Below are positions 21,298 through 29,428 of a stretch of 47,371 nt of DNA, one piece after another; position 1 is the first letter of the stretch; each line of letters begins with the position of its first letter. Source of the stretch: Gammaproteobacteria bacterium (GTDB lineage: Bacteria > Pseudomonadota > Gammaproteobacteria > SZUA-152); assembly GCA_011371455.1 (NCBI GenBank), contig DRQN01000006.1:1-47371 (forward strand). The letters run 5' to 3'. Position numbers and translations under genes: made by a program. A model generated the notes under the pieces. That model searched no databases, had not been told where the DNA came from, and saw nothing but the letters and a program-made list of their open reading frames with translations.

Positions 21298-22586
21298 TCA
21301 AGCTGCTGCTGATATCCCTGCTTGCGTTCATCGGCGCCGTGGCGCTGGCTCTGCTGATCAAGGACAACCCCGGCTATGTGCTGATCGCCGTGGGTCCCTG
21401 GAGCATCGAGACCACCCTGGCGCTGCTGGTGTTTTTCCTGCTGGCGGTGTTTTCGGTCTTCTATTTCGCCATCCGCTTCTTCGTGCGCCTGTGGTCCATG
21501 CCGCGCAGCGTGACCAGGTGGCGCAAGCATCGCAAGGAAGAAAAGGCACAGAAGGCGCTGACCTACGGGCTGATCGAGCTGGCCGAAGGCCAGTGGCGCC
21601 AGGCCGAACGGCAGGTGCTGAAATACGCCAAACAGAGCGAGGCACCGATCCTCAACTACTTGATCGCCGCGCGCGCCGCGCAGGAGCAGGGCGCCGAAGA
21701 CCGTCGTGACCGCTATCTGCAACTGGCGCACCAGAGCCCGGCACAAGCCGACATTGCCGTGGGTCTGACCCAAGTGGATCTGCTCCTGAGTGAAAACAAA
21801 AAAGAGCAGGCACTGGCCACCCTGCATCGCCTCTATCAGCTGGAACCGGGCAACCCGCAGGTGCTCAAGCCACTGGGCAAGTTGTACCGGGAGCTGGGCG
21901 AATGGAACAACTTCATCGAGCTGCTGCCCAAATTGCGCAAGCGCAAGGTATTCGACAAGCAGACCCTCGACGCCATGGCGCTGGAGGCCTATACCGCCCT
22001 GCTCAGGGACAGCCCGGATGCGGATACGTTGGTCCTCAACTGGTCCCGGGTGCCGAAGGCGCTGCATGATCATGAAACCCTGCTGCTGACCTACCTGCAG
22101 AAATTGAGGGAGTTTGGCCGCGATGGCGAAGGCGAGCTCCTGCTGCGTGGCGCCCTCAAACGCCACCGCAGCGATGCCTTGTTGAGGATGTACGGTCTCA
22201 TCGAGGGGCCGGATCTGACTCGCCAACTGATTCAGGCCGAGTCTTTCCTGGTGGGTCATCAATCGGATGCGACGGCCCTGTTGACGGCGGGGCGGCTGTG
22301 CCTGCGCAACGGTCTGTGGGGCAAGGCGCGCAGCTACCTCGAAGCCAGCATCAACGCGCGGCCCAACGCCGAGGCCTTCCTGGAGCTGGGTACGCTGCTG
22401 GACAAGATGGGTGATCGGGAAACCGCCCTGGCCTGCTACCGGGAGGCACTGCGCCTGGCGCCCTGCTGTGAGCCGCCGGTGGCCGCTGAGGCCGATGTGG
22501 TGGAACATGTGACGCCGGCCATCGAGGCGCCGGAAATCGTCAAGCCGCTGAGCGTTGATAAACCGCTGGATGCAGCCAAGGCGTAG
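21294..22586 (+). CDS. hemY: HemY-family protein (two N-terminal TM segments plus TPR repeats)
   Basis: 430 aa with N-terminal TM helices and TPR-like repeats. ATGA overlap with hemX. Confidence 0.88.
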   Translation: MIKLLLISLLAFIGAVALALLIKDNPGYVLIAVGPWSIETTLALLVFFLLAVFSVFYFAIRFFVRLWSMPRSVTRWRKHRKEEKAQKALTYGLIELAEGQWRQAERQVLKYAKQSEAPILNYLIAARAAQEQGAEDRRDRYLQLAHQSPAQADIAVGLTQVDLLLSENKKEQALATLHRLYQLEPGNPQVLKPLGKLYRELGEWNNFIELLPKLRKRKVFDKQTLDAMALEAYTALLRDSPDADTLVLNWSRVPKALHDHETLLLTYLQKLREFGRDGEGELLLRGALKRHRSDALLRMYGLIEGPDLTRQLIQAESFLVGHQSDATALLTAGRLCLRNGLWGKARSYLEASINARPNAEAFLELGTLLDKMGDRETALACYREALRLAPCCEPPVAAEADVVEHVTPAIEAPEIVKPLSVDKPLDAAKA

Positions 22587-22643
22587 TCGCCTGCTGGTTC
22601 GAGACAGCGATACCGGGAAATATCGGCACATCTAAAGGATGAA

Positions 22644-23675
22644 TCAGCCGTCGGCCTTCGGCGCCTGAAATTCAAAGGCATCGGAATAGAAGTGGGCCTC
22701 CTCGAGACCCCGCTCGCGGAAGGCCGCGAAGGCGGCCCTGACCATGGCCGGCGGGCCGCATACGTAGACATCGAAGGCCGAGAGTTCCTCGCCCCTGGCC
22801 GCCAGATCCGCGATTACCGCCTCGTGCACATAGCCCCGCGCGCCCCGCCACCGACGCGATGGTTCGGAAAGCACGGGCACATAGCGGAAGTCGGCGTGTT
22901 CCTGCGCCCACTGTTGTGGCAGGCTGTCCAGATACAGATCCGCTTCACCACGCACCCCCCAGTATAACCGCATGGACTGTGACATCTCTTCGACGAAGGC
23001 ATGCTCGAGAATGGATTTCACCGGGGCAAAACCGGTGCCGCCGGCGACCAGCAGGAGCGGGCGGGTGGAATTCTCGCGCAGGAAGAAATTGCCATGTGGC
23101 CCCTCGATGCGCAGCACGTCCTTTTCCCGCAGCTGGTCGAAGATGTAACCGGTGAAATCCCCGCCTTCCACATGGCGGATGTGCAATTCCAGCAAGTGGT
23201 CGATACGCGGCATATTGGCGATGGAAAAGCTGCGCCGGCGGCCGTCCTTCATCAGAATATCGATATACTGCCCGGCGAGGAAACGCAGGTGCTCATCCTT
23301 CGGCAGCTTGAGGTAGAGGCGCATCACGTCATCGGCCAGTTGTTCCTTGGTCTGCACCAATACCGGCAGGGTCTTTACCGTCAGATTCTTTACCGCGCCG
23401 ATCTCCTTGACCTCGATGATCAAATCCGAGGCGGCGCGCGCCTGACAGAAGAAGGTGGTACCGCGTGGCATGTTGCGGGCCGTCGGGGGTAGCGGGCGAT
23501 TTGTGTCATAATTCAGCTCACCTTCAAGCAACTGCCCCAGACAGGCGCCGCAACCGCCGCTTCGGCAGCCATAGGGAAAGGCATGGCCGTGGCGCAGGGC
23601 GGCATCGAGGATCGTCTCGTCGGGCTCGATGTCAAAGTAATGGCCGCTCGGTTCGAGATAAACGGTAAAAGCCAT
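22644..23675 (-). CDS. 2Fe-2S ferredoxin / FAD / NAD(P)-binding oxidoreductase (CDP-6-deoxy-delta-3,4-glucoseen reductase-like)
   Basis: From the ATG at 23675 the product is 343 aa. It has a plant-type cluster motif CRSGGCGACLG...C, an FAD motif RRSFSIA and an NAD-binding motif LLLVAGGTGFAP. The 243-aa N-terminal extension in the track ORF overlaps the divergent SDR gene and is rejected. Confidence 0.9.
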   Translation of the reverse strand: MAFTVYLEPSGHYFDIEPDETILDAALRHGHAFPYGCRSGGCGACLGQLLEGELNYDTNRPLPPTARNMPRGTTFFCQARAASDLIIEVKEIGAVKNLTVKTLPVLVQTKEQLADDVMRLYLKLPKDEHLRFLAGQYIDILMKDGRRRSFSIANMPRIDHLLELHIRHVEGGDFTGYIFDQLREKDVLRIEGPHGNFFLRENSTRPLLLVAGGTGFAPVKSILEHAFVEEMSQSMRLYWGVRGEADLYLDSLPQQWAQEHADFRYVPVLSEPSRRWRGARGYVHEAVIADLAARGEELSAFDVYVCGPPAMVRAAFAAFRERGLEEAHFYSDAFEFQAPKADG

Positions 23676-23741
23676 TTTGATGGGCAACCAAGAAGGAAAC
23701 AGAGGGGTAATTATGCGCGAAGCCATCAATGAGAACCACCA

Positions 23742-24623
23742 GTGAATCCGGTTCTGATCGCCGGCTGCGGTGATATCGGCCAGCGCGTGGCGCGCCCGTA
23801 CCGGGCCCAGGGTATCGCCGTGCAGGGTTTGGCGCGCAGTGAAGCCCGCGCGGCGCGTTTGCGTGCCGAGGGCATCGAACCCGTGCTTGCAGACTTGGCA
23901 GACCGCGGAATGCTGAAGGATCTGCCAACGGCGGGGGCCATGGTCTTCTACTTTGCGCCACCGCCCACGCAGGGAGAGCGCGATCCCCTGATACAGAATT
24001 TTCTCACCGCCATCGACCCCGCGCGCCGGCCGGCGAAGCTGGTGTTGATCAGCACCAGCGCCGTATACGGCGACTGCCAGGGTGCCTGGATCACCGAGGC
24101 CCAGGCGGCAGAGCCGCAGACCGCCCGTGGCCGACGGCGACTGGATGCCGAAAACACCCTGCGCCGCTGGGGCAGAGAAACGGGTGTGCCCTGCGTCATC
24201 CTGCGCGTCGGCGGCATCTACGGCCCAGGTCGTCTGCCGGTGGCACGGCTGCAAAAGGGTTTGCCCATTTTGGAGCCGGCCGATTCGCCCTACACCAACC
24301 GCATCCATCAGGACGACCTCGCCCGGGTGTGTGTCGCCGCGGCGCAAAGGGGCCTGGCGGGTGAAATCTATAATGTCGCCGACGGCCATCCCGGCACCAT
24401 GTCGCAATACTTCATCGATGTCGCCAAGGCCCTGGGTCTGCCACCGCCGCCCATCGTCTCGCGTGCCGAGGCGGAAAAGGTCATGAGCGCCGGCATGCTG
24501 TCCTATCTGCGGGAATCACGTCGCCTGGACAACCGGAAGATGCGCGAGGAACTGGCCGTTGAATTGCAGTATCCCGACCTGGCCGCCGGCCTGGCTGCCC
24601 TGAAAAACACCCCGCAACAATAA
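23742..24623 (+). CDS. SDR-family NAD(P)-dependent epimerase/dehydratase-like oxidoreductase
   Basis: 293 aa with a Rossmann start VLIAGCGDIG and extended-SDR-like spacing (STSAVYG). GTG start. Confidence 0.85.
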   Translation: MNPVLIAGCGDIGQRVARPYRAQGIAVQGLARSEARAARLRAEGIEPVLADLADRGMLKDLPTAGAMVFYFAPPPTQGERDPLIQNFLTAIDPARRPAKLVLISTSAVYGDCQGAWITEAQAAEPQTARGRRRLDAENTLRRWGRETGVPCVILRVGGIYGPGRLPVARLQKGLPILEPADSPYTNRIHQDDLARVCVAAAQRGLAGEIYNVADGHPGTMSQYFIDVAKALGLPPPPIVSRAEAEKVMSAGMLSYLRESRRLDNRKMREELAVELQYPDLAAGLAALKNTPQQ

Positions 24624-24660
24624 TGATCCCAGGCCTCCGATAGCGAGGACAAAAATGAAA

Positions 24661-24680
24661 CCTGAACCCACGGATTCAGG
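24661..24680. repeat. REP-like 20-nt repeat, copy 4 (perfect hairpin; reverse complement reads CCTGAATCCGTGGGTTCAGG)
   Basis: CCTGAA-CCCACGGA-TTCAGG is a 6-bp perfect stem with an 8-nt loop. It lies between the convergent SDR and RES-toxin genes. Confidence 0.65.
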
Positions 24681-24726
24681 TGAAACCCGCCCGAGACATG
24701 ATCCCGGCACTGATAATCATTTCGGG

Positions 24727-25500
24727 CTATCGACGTGTTCCCGCCGGTGTAACCGCGGTGCAGCCAGCGGCCTGCATCGACCCATCATCCTGTATCTTCA
24801 AGGTGACGAATGTCTTGTCGGGTCTCCGGGTGACGGTGATTTCCCGGCAACCGGGGTTGTAACGGTAGTCGAGATAGCAGTGATCACGGGGGTTGGAGAG
24901 GATCTTCGGGGTGAAGATGACGCCGATGTCGCCCTTGCAGTGGGCGGAGCGGGTGATCAGTCCGGGATGGCCTTCGCGGTGCAGGCGTTGGCCGATCTGT
25001 TGGCTGAGCTGGTATTCGCCGGGGGTGGCTAACTGGGGATAGTCGGCCAGCTTGGGGCGGAAGTCGAACAGCAGGCCGTCGCATTGAACCTGGAACACGC
25101 GCCGTTCGCCGATGATGGTTTTTGGCCGTTGCGGGAAATCGGCATCGTGGAGAAATTGCAGCCAATGGTGGGTGGTTTCGAAGATGCTGGTTTCGAGGCT
25201 GTCGGCGCCGTACCAGACACCGAAGCGGCCATCGGAATAGCGGCTGCGGCTCCAGTTTTCGAACGGGTAGCGGATGGCGGCGCAATAGCGGGCCTGCTCG
25301 AAGGGGCGGTTGATAATGGGGGTGTCGCCGAAGTCGGCGGGCTTGGCGGCGAGTTCGGCGGCGATGGCGGTGTGCCAGTCGTCGGCCTGGTCGCTGAGGT
25401 CGTCAAAGAGGTTTTGCGATTCGCGCAGGCTGACGATGTTGCGCAGCCAATCGCCGTGGTAGTCGATGCTGCAGAGTTCGTTGAGCAGGCGGTCGATCAC
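24727..25500 (-). CDS. RES-domain toxin (NAD+-targeting RES family)
   Basis: 257 aa with the R...E...S signature context [23 protein letters not shown] ... GLITRSAH. The GTG start overlaps the upstream antitoxin stop by 4 nt (GTGA). Confidence 0.85.
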   Translation of the reverse strand: MIDRLLNELCSIDYHGDWLRNIVSLRESQNLFDDLSDQADDWHTAIAAELAAKPADFGDTPIINRPFEQARYCAAIRYPFENWSRSRYSDGRFGVWYGADSLETSIFETTHHWLQFLHDADFPQRPKTIIGERRVFQVQCDGLLFDFRPKLADYPQLATPGEYQLSQQIGQRLHREGHPGLITRSAHCKGDIGVIFTPKILSNPRDHCYLDYRYNPGCREITVTRRPDKTFVTLKIQDDGSMQAAGCTAVTPAGTRR

Positions 25501-25913
25501 TGGCCGCGAACCTGGTCGAGGTAGCTGCGCAGCATGAGCAGGCCGGCGAAGCCGTGCTGGCGAACCACCTGCACGGGGGCGAGGTTGTCGAAGGCCCGAT
25601 TGGGGGCACGCATCCAGGCATAGGCCAGTTCGCGGTTGTGGGGAAACAGCAGGCGCAGGGATTTGTGGATGCTGAGCAGGTGGCCGACGCGGTCCAGCAG
25701 GTCGCGGTTGCTGCCCAGGGGCTGGCCCTTGCGATAGCGGGCGAGGGTGGTGCGGCTGCCGGCGTCGAGGCCGAGCAGGTCCAGCTGTTCCTCGTTGCTG
25801 AGCTGCCAGTGCTGGAACAGCTGCATGACCATGCGGGCAAGGCCTTGTCGGCTCTCTTTGCTGTGGATATCTGGCCTGGGGGCATGGGTATCTTGGGGTG
25901 TGAGCAAGGCCAT
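25497..25913 (-). CDS. Xre/MbcA/ParS-type antitoxin (DUF2384-like C-terminal toxin-binding domain)
   Basis: ...[72 protein letters not shown] is typical of antitoxins paired with RES toxins. I prefer the ATG at 25913 to the TTG at 25934. Confidence 0.85.
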   Translation of the reverse strand: MALLTPQDTHAPRPDIHSKESRQGLARMVMQLFQHWQLSNEEQLDLLGLDAGSRTTLARYRKGQPLGSNRDLLDRVGHLLSIHKSLRLLFPHNRELAYAWMRAPNRAFDNLAPVQVVRQHGFAGLLMLRSYLDQVRGQ

Positions 25914-25927
25914 TTCGGGCTCCAATA

Positions 25928-25947
25928 GTAACATCTGTTACATTATA
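25928..25947 (-). promoter_or_regulatory. Putative toxin-antitoxin promoter -10 element with an adjacent palindromic operator
   Basis: The minus strand reads TATAAT (25947..25942) directly followed by the palindrome GTAACAGATGTTAC (25941..25928), then a GGAG RBS and the antitoxin ATG. The only -35 candidate is a poor TTGCCA at 19-nt spacing. Confidence 0.45.
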
Positions 25948-26037
25948 TAGCCCATATGTTGCGTGATGGCAATATTGTGCTCCGTGGCCTCCGTATTTCC
26001 ATCCCGGCCCGTCGCATCACAGCCTGGTCTGCCTTTG

Positions 26038-27948
26038 TCAGAACAGATCGACATTCTCCGGTGGTTTGTTTTCCGTGTCGTCGTTGGCGGCGGCCTTGCC
26101 GCTGAAGCCGGCGACCAGTGATTCCAGCTGTACGGAAAACTGCGACAGGTCGCCGTTGTCGGAGATGTTCTTGCGCGCCAGTTCGGACAGCTCGCGCACG
26201 CTTTGGTCGATCTTGCGGATATTGTCACGCACGGTGGCGGCCAGTTGGGACTGTTGTTCGGCCTGGGCGGCCACCTGTACGTTGCTGTCGCTGATGCCCT
26301 CGACGGCGCTGGCGATGAGGGCGAAGGTCTCACCGGCGGCCTGGGTGCGTTCCAGGTTGAGGACGGAGATCTTGGCGCTGCGTCCCATGAGGTCGACCGC
26401 TTCCTGGTTACCGGCGCGAATGGTGTCCATGAGCTTGCGTACTTCGTCGGTGGCGTCGGTGGTGCGTTTCGAGAGGGCGCGCACCTCGTCGGCGACCACG
26501 GCGAAGCCGCGGCCCTGCTCGCCGGCCCGCGCGGCCTCGATGGCGGCATTGAGGGCCAGCAGGTTGGTCTGCTCGGCGATGGTGACGATCATGTCCAGCA
26601 CCTGGCCGACATCTTCGTGGTGCCGGGTGAGAGCGTCGATGCTTTGCTCCAGCTGCTCGATCTCGTGTTGCATTTCCTGCATGCCGTCCACCGCGCTGCT
26701 GACCACGGCGCGGCCCTTGACGGCCTCTTGGCGGACGTCCTGCGCGGTCTCGCTGGCAAGGCTGACGGCCTCATTCACCTGCTGGCTGCTGTCGGCCATC
26801 TGTCCGATGGTATCGCCGAGCTGGGTGATGGCTTCGACCTGTTCTTCGATGGAGCTGCTGGTGGCCTGGGTGATTTCCTGGGCGCGCAGGCTGCTTTGGG
26901 AAAGATTGGTGGCCACCATGAGAACCTGTTGCACGGTCTGGTCCAGCTTGCCGGTGAAACGGTTGAAGGCGCGACCGATCTGTGCCGTTTCGTTGCGCCC
27001 TTCCTCGGGCAGGCTTACACCCAGCGCGGAATGGCCGTCGGCGATGTGCGCCATGGCGGAGGTGATACGCGACAGGCTGCGGCTGATGCTGCGCGCGATC
27101 AGCAGGCTCAGACCGACCAGGCCGATGATGAGAATCAGGGTGCCGATGAAGACGAGGCTTCGCTGGCTGCGCTGTGACTTCTTGATGGCGGCACGGGCCT
27201 TTTGGGTGAGGGCGTCGAGTTCGGCCAATGCCTGCTGGGTGTTGGTGGCCAGTCTGGCGTGTGGGCCCTGATGGCGTTCCCGCTTGCTGTCCACCAGTTG
27301 GTGGAAATACTGCGCATACTCGTTGAGATCCTGCTGGATATCGCCTTGGGTCGATGCGTCGAGTTCCGTCCGGGCCACGGCCGTCAGCAGGTCGGCATGG
27401 GCGCGGTCGAAGCGGCCGACATACTTTTCGTCCTCGCGCAGCAGGAAGTCCTTTTCATGGCGCCGCAGCATCAGCAGACCGACCAGCAGGGCATCGTTGC
27501 CGGTGGCGCGAAAGGTATCCTCGACCCGATGGGCCGCCTGGCGCAGGGCGCCGCGCAGGCCGCTTGCCTCGTCGAGGCCGATGCGCTGCGTCAGAGCCAC
27601 CAGCTGACTGAAGTCCGTGGCCATGTCATTGAGATGCCGATAAAAGGTGTCGAGGCCGCTGGTATCCAGGCCCAGCTTGTCCATGGTTTGGTCGATTTCT
27701 TGCAACTCCGCTAGCAGGGCCTGCTGTTCATGGAAGAAGTCATCGCGGGCCTGCGGATTTTTGCTGAGCAGAAATTCACGCTCAGCAGCTTGCATGGCCT
27801 GCATATCGGCCTCGGCATCGAGCAGTTGCGCCAGGCCCAGCTGCAGCATATCGGCACGCTGGGAACTGATCTGCTGCATGGCCAGCAGCAACAGCATGGC
27901 GAGGGTAATAATGGCGGAAAGCAGGAACAGACGGTGTTTGATTTTCAT
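26038..27948 (-). CDS. Methyl-accepting chemotaxis protein
   Basis: 636 aa with an N-terminal TM helix, a periplasmic helical sensor region of ~250 aa, a second TM helix, a HAMP domain and the highly conserved signalling hairpin (...[37 protein letters not shown]). Confidence 0.95.
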   Translation of the reverse strand: MKIKHRLFLLSAIITLAMLLLLAMQQISSQRADMLQLGLAQLLDAEADMQAMQAAEREFLLSKNPQARDDFFHEQQALLAELQEIDQTMDKLGLDTSGLDTFYRHLNDMATDFSQLVALTQRIGLDEASGLRGALRQAAHRVEDTFRATGNDALLVGLLMLRRHEKDFLLREDEKYVGRFDRAHADLLTAVARTELDASTQGDIQQDLNEYAQYFHQLVDSKRERHQGPHARLATNTQQALAELDALTQKARAAIKKSQRSQRSLVFIGTLILIIGLVGLSLLIARSISRSLSRITSAMAHIADGHSALGVSLPEEGRNETAQIGRAFNRFTGKLDQTVQQVLMVATNLSQSSLRAQEITQATSSSIEEQVEAITQLGDTIGQMADSSQQVNEAVSLASETAQDVRQEAVKGRAVVSSAVDGMQEMQHEIEQLEQSIDALTRHHEDVGQVLDMIVTIAEQTNLLALNAAIEAARAGEQGRGFAVVADEVRALSKRTTDATDEVRKLMDTIRAGNQEAVDLMGRSAKISVLNLERTQAAGETFALIASAVEGISDSNVQVAAQAEQQSQLAATVRDNIRKIDQSVRELSELARKNISDNGDLSQFSVQLESLVAGFSGKAAANDDTENKPPENVDLF

Positions 27949-28061
27949 GGACTGGCAGGGGTAATGGGGTCGGTATCATTAGCGGTTCATCGCCTGCGGA
28001 CTTGAGGATAACCGAGCATCTTACACACACTTGACATAATTTCCTGGTGGGGGGCAGGGTT

Positions 28062-28073
28062 TATGTATACATA
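28062..28073. promoter_or_regulatory. 12-bp perfect palindrome TATGTATACATA upstream of the islet operon (possible operator)
   Basis: It lies 27 nt upstream of the ORF1 ATG, followed by a TAAAAT -10-like hexamer and the RBS GGGAGG (28089..28094). A TTGACA hexamer at 28031..28036 has no properly spaced -10. Confidence 0.35.
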
Positions 28074-28099
28074 AAATATTTGAATCTAGGGAGGAAATT

Positions 28100-29428
28100 A
28101 TGCAAAAGGTTATTGCTAGCACTGTTCTGAGTGTCTTTCTTATGGCGGGATGCGGTGAGGAAGACCAAACCGAACCATCCAACCAACCTCAAGTCGAATA
28201 TGCCTCACCCGAGACGGCCTCTGTTGAAATCCGGAATTACATGAATGCCGACTGGCTCTATAACGAGTATTTCGGGGAGTACGGTTTTCCGGACGAATTT
28301 AAGGCCACAGTTATCGACGACATCAAGCTGTTGGCCAACGGTTTTGCCTTGCAATTCGCCAGAGGCGAAGAGGTAGAACAGAACATCGCCGACTTCCGTA
28401 ACGGTATGCTGTTTTTGCAGGTTAGCGGGCAGTTTGGCGCCATGATTTCCCAGATGAGTGAGGCTTGGTACAGCGGTGACTATGAGGCGATGAGCGCCAG
28501 GCCTTCAGCGGTCGATATGGATTCCCTTCCTGACTCCGCGCGTTACTTCGATCTCGGAGTGCCGACCGAGGAGGAGATTTCACGATTGAAGGCGTTAGAA
28601 GCGGAAACGGCGAAAGATGAAGCAGCCTACCGCGTGGCACAGGAAGAACTGGTAGAAAAATATAATCTGCCATACAAGCTTCCAAATCGACGCACAAAAT
28701 ACATTATCTACACCCCGTCTATGAAGGGTGGCGGTGGGAAGAACAATAAGAAAGACGAGAAACCCGAGTACAGGCATGAATCGAATATTTCAGACTGGAC
28801 TTGGCGTCCTGGCGATATTATCTGGAGTGATGGAGCGGCCGGTGTGGGTCACATGGGCATCGTGACTCACTTCAATAATACGGGAGGCGAGATAGCGAGT
28901 GGTGTGCTGCCTTCGTCTTGGAGTCGGCCAAGTGGTGCAGTGTTGTCGATCGTGGATGCCAATACTGGAGGGGTCAATCTGCATCAAGGTGCTCTCTTAA
29001 TGGATGCATGGCAAAAGAAGTACGATACTGTCAGACGATATACTTACGCCTTTTATTTCGGATGGCCCGGCTTTATGCCGCCTTGTGACTACAAGGACTG
29101 CACGCTCAGTGGAAAAAACTATTATAACTACGTTACGCAGCGCATGTTTGCTATTGTCAATTGGGCAATGGGTCAGGTTAACAAGCCTTATAATTGGAAC
29201 TTTTTCAACAAGAACGCAGATGACAGTACATATTGCTCACAGCTTGTCTGGAATGCCTACAGACAGACAGCCAGGCCTTCGCCGCGCCCCGAATGGAGGA
29301 ATATTGATTTGGATAGTAATGGAGGCTGGATCGTTTATCCTAGCGACATTCTAAATCATCCTCTTGTGGTAAATATGGCGGAATCGAAGAAAAAGAAGGT
29401 TGGGGCATGCAAATATTATTGTTTCTAA
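28100..29428 (+). CDS. Lipoprotein with a C-terminal permuted papain-like (NlpC/P60 superfamily, YiiX/C92-like) domain
   Basis: Lipobox LMAGC (MQKVIASTVLSVFLMAGCGEE). An N-terminal helical region is followed by the G/K-rich linker SMKGGGGKNNKKDEK. The order is then GDIIWSDGAAGVGHMGIV (His) before DDSTYCSQLVWNAY (Cys), as in permuted papain-fold amidases. The C-terminal tail is ESKKKKVGACKYYCF. Confidence 0.7.
   Translation: MQKVIASTVLSVFLMAGCGEEDQTEPSNQPQVEYASPETASVEIRNYMNADWLYNEYFGEYGFPDEFKATVIDDIKLLANGFALQFARGEEVEQNIADFRNGMLFLQVSGQFGAMISQMSEAWYSGDYEAMSARPSAVDMDSLPDSARYFDLGVPTEEEISRLKALEAETAKDEAAYRVAQEELVEKYNLPYKLPNRRTKYIIYTPSMKGGGGKNNKKDEKPEYRHESNISDWTWRPGDIIWSDGAAGVGHMGIVTHFNNTGGEIASGVLPSSWSRPSGAVLSIVDANTGGVNLHQGALLMDAWQKKYDTVRRYTYAFYFGWPGFMPPCDYKDCTLSGKNYYNYVTQRMFAIVNWAMGQVNKPYNWNFFNKNADDSTYCSQLVWNAYRQTARPSPRPEWRNIDLDSNGGWIVYPSDILNHPLVVNMAESKKKKVGACKYYCF

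Noticed and set aside
21081-22631. 516-aa minus-strand ORF, and 19966..21063 (365 aa)
   Set aside because: These are antisense to hemY and hemX. The hem operon context and overlap-coupled starts support the plus-strand genes.
23676-24407. 243-aa N-terminal extension of the ferredoxin-reductase ORF (track ORF 22644..24407)
   Set aside because: The extension is antisense to the SDR gene and lacks coding character. The ATG at 23675 yields a canonical ~343-aa Fd-FAD-NAD protein that starts right at the 2Fe-2S domain.
24655-25032. 125-aa plus-strand ORF, and 25084..25524 and 25554..25928
   Set aside because: These are antisense to the RES toxin and antitoxin genes and are compositionally biased shadow ORFs.
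26038-26060. Possible CheR-tethering C-terminal pentapeptide on the MCP (…ENVDLF)
   Set aside because: It lacks the conserved Trp of the xWxxF motif, so I do not consider it a tethering pentapeptide.
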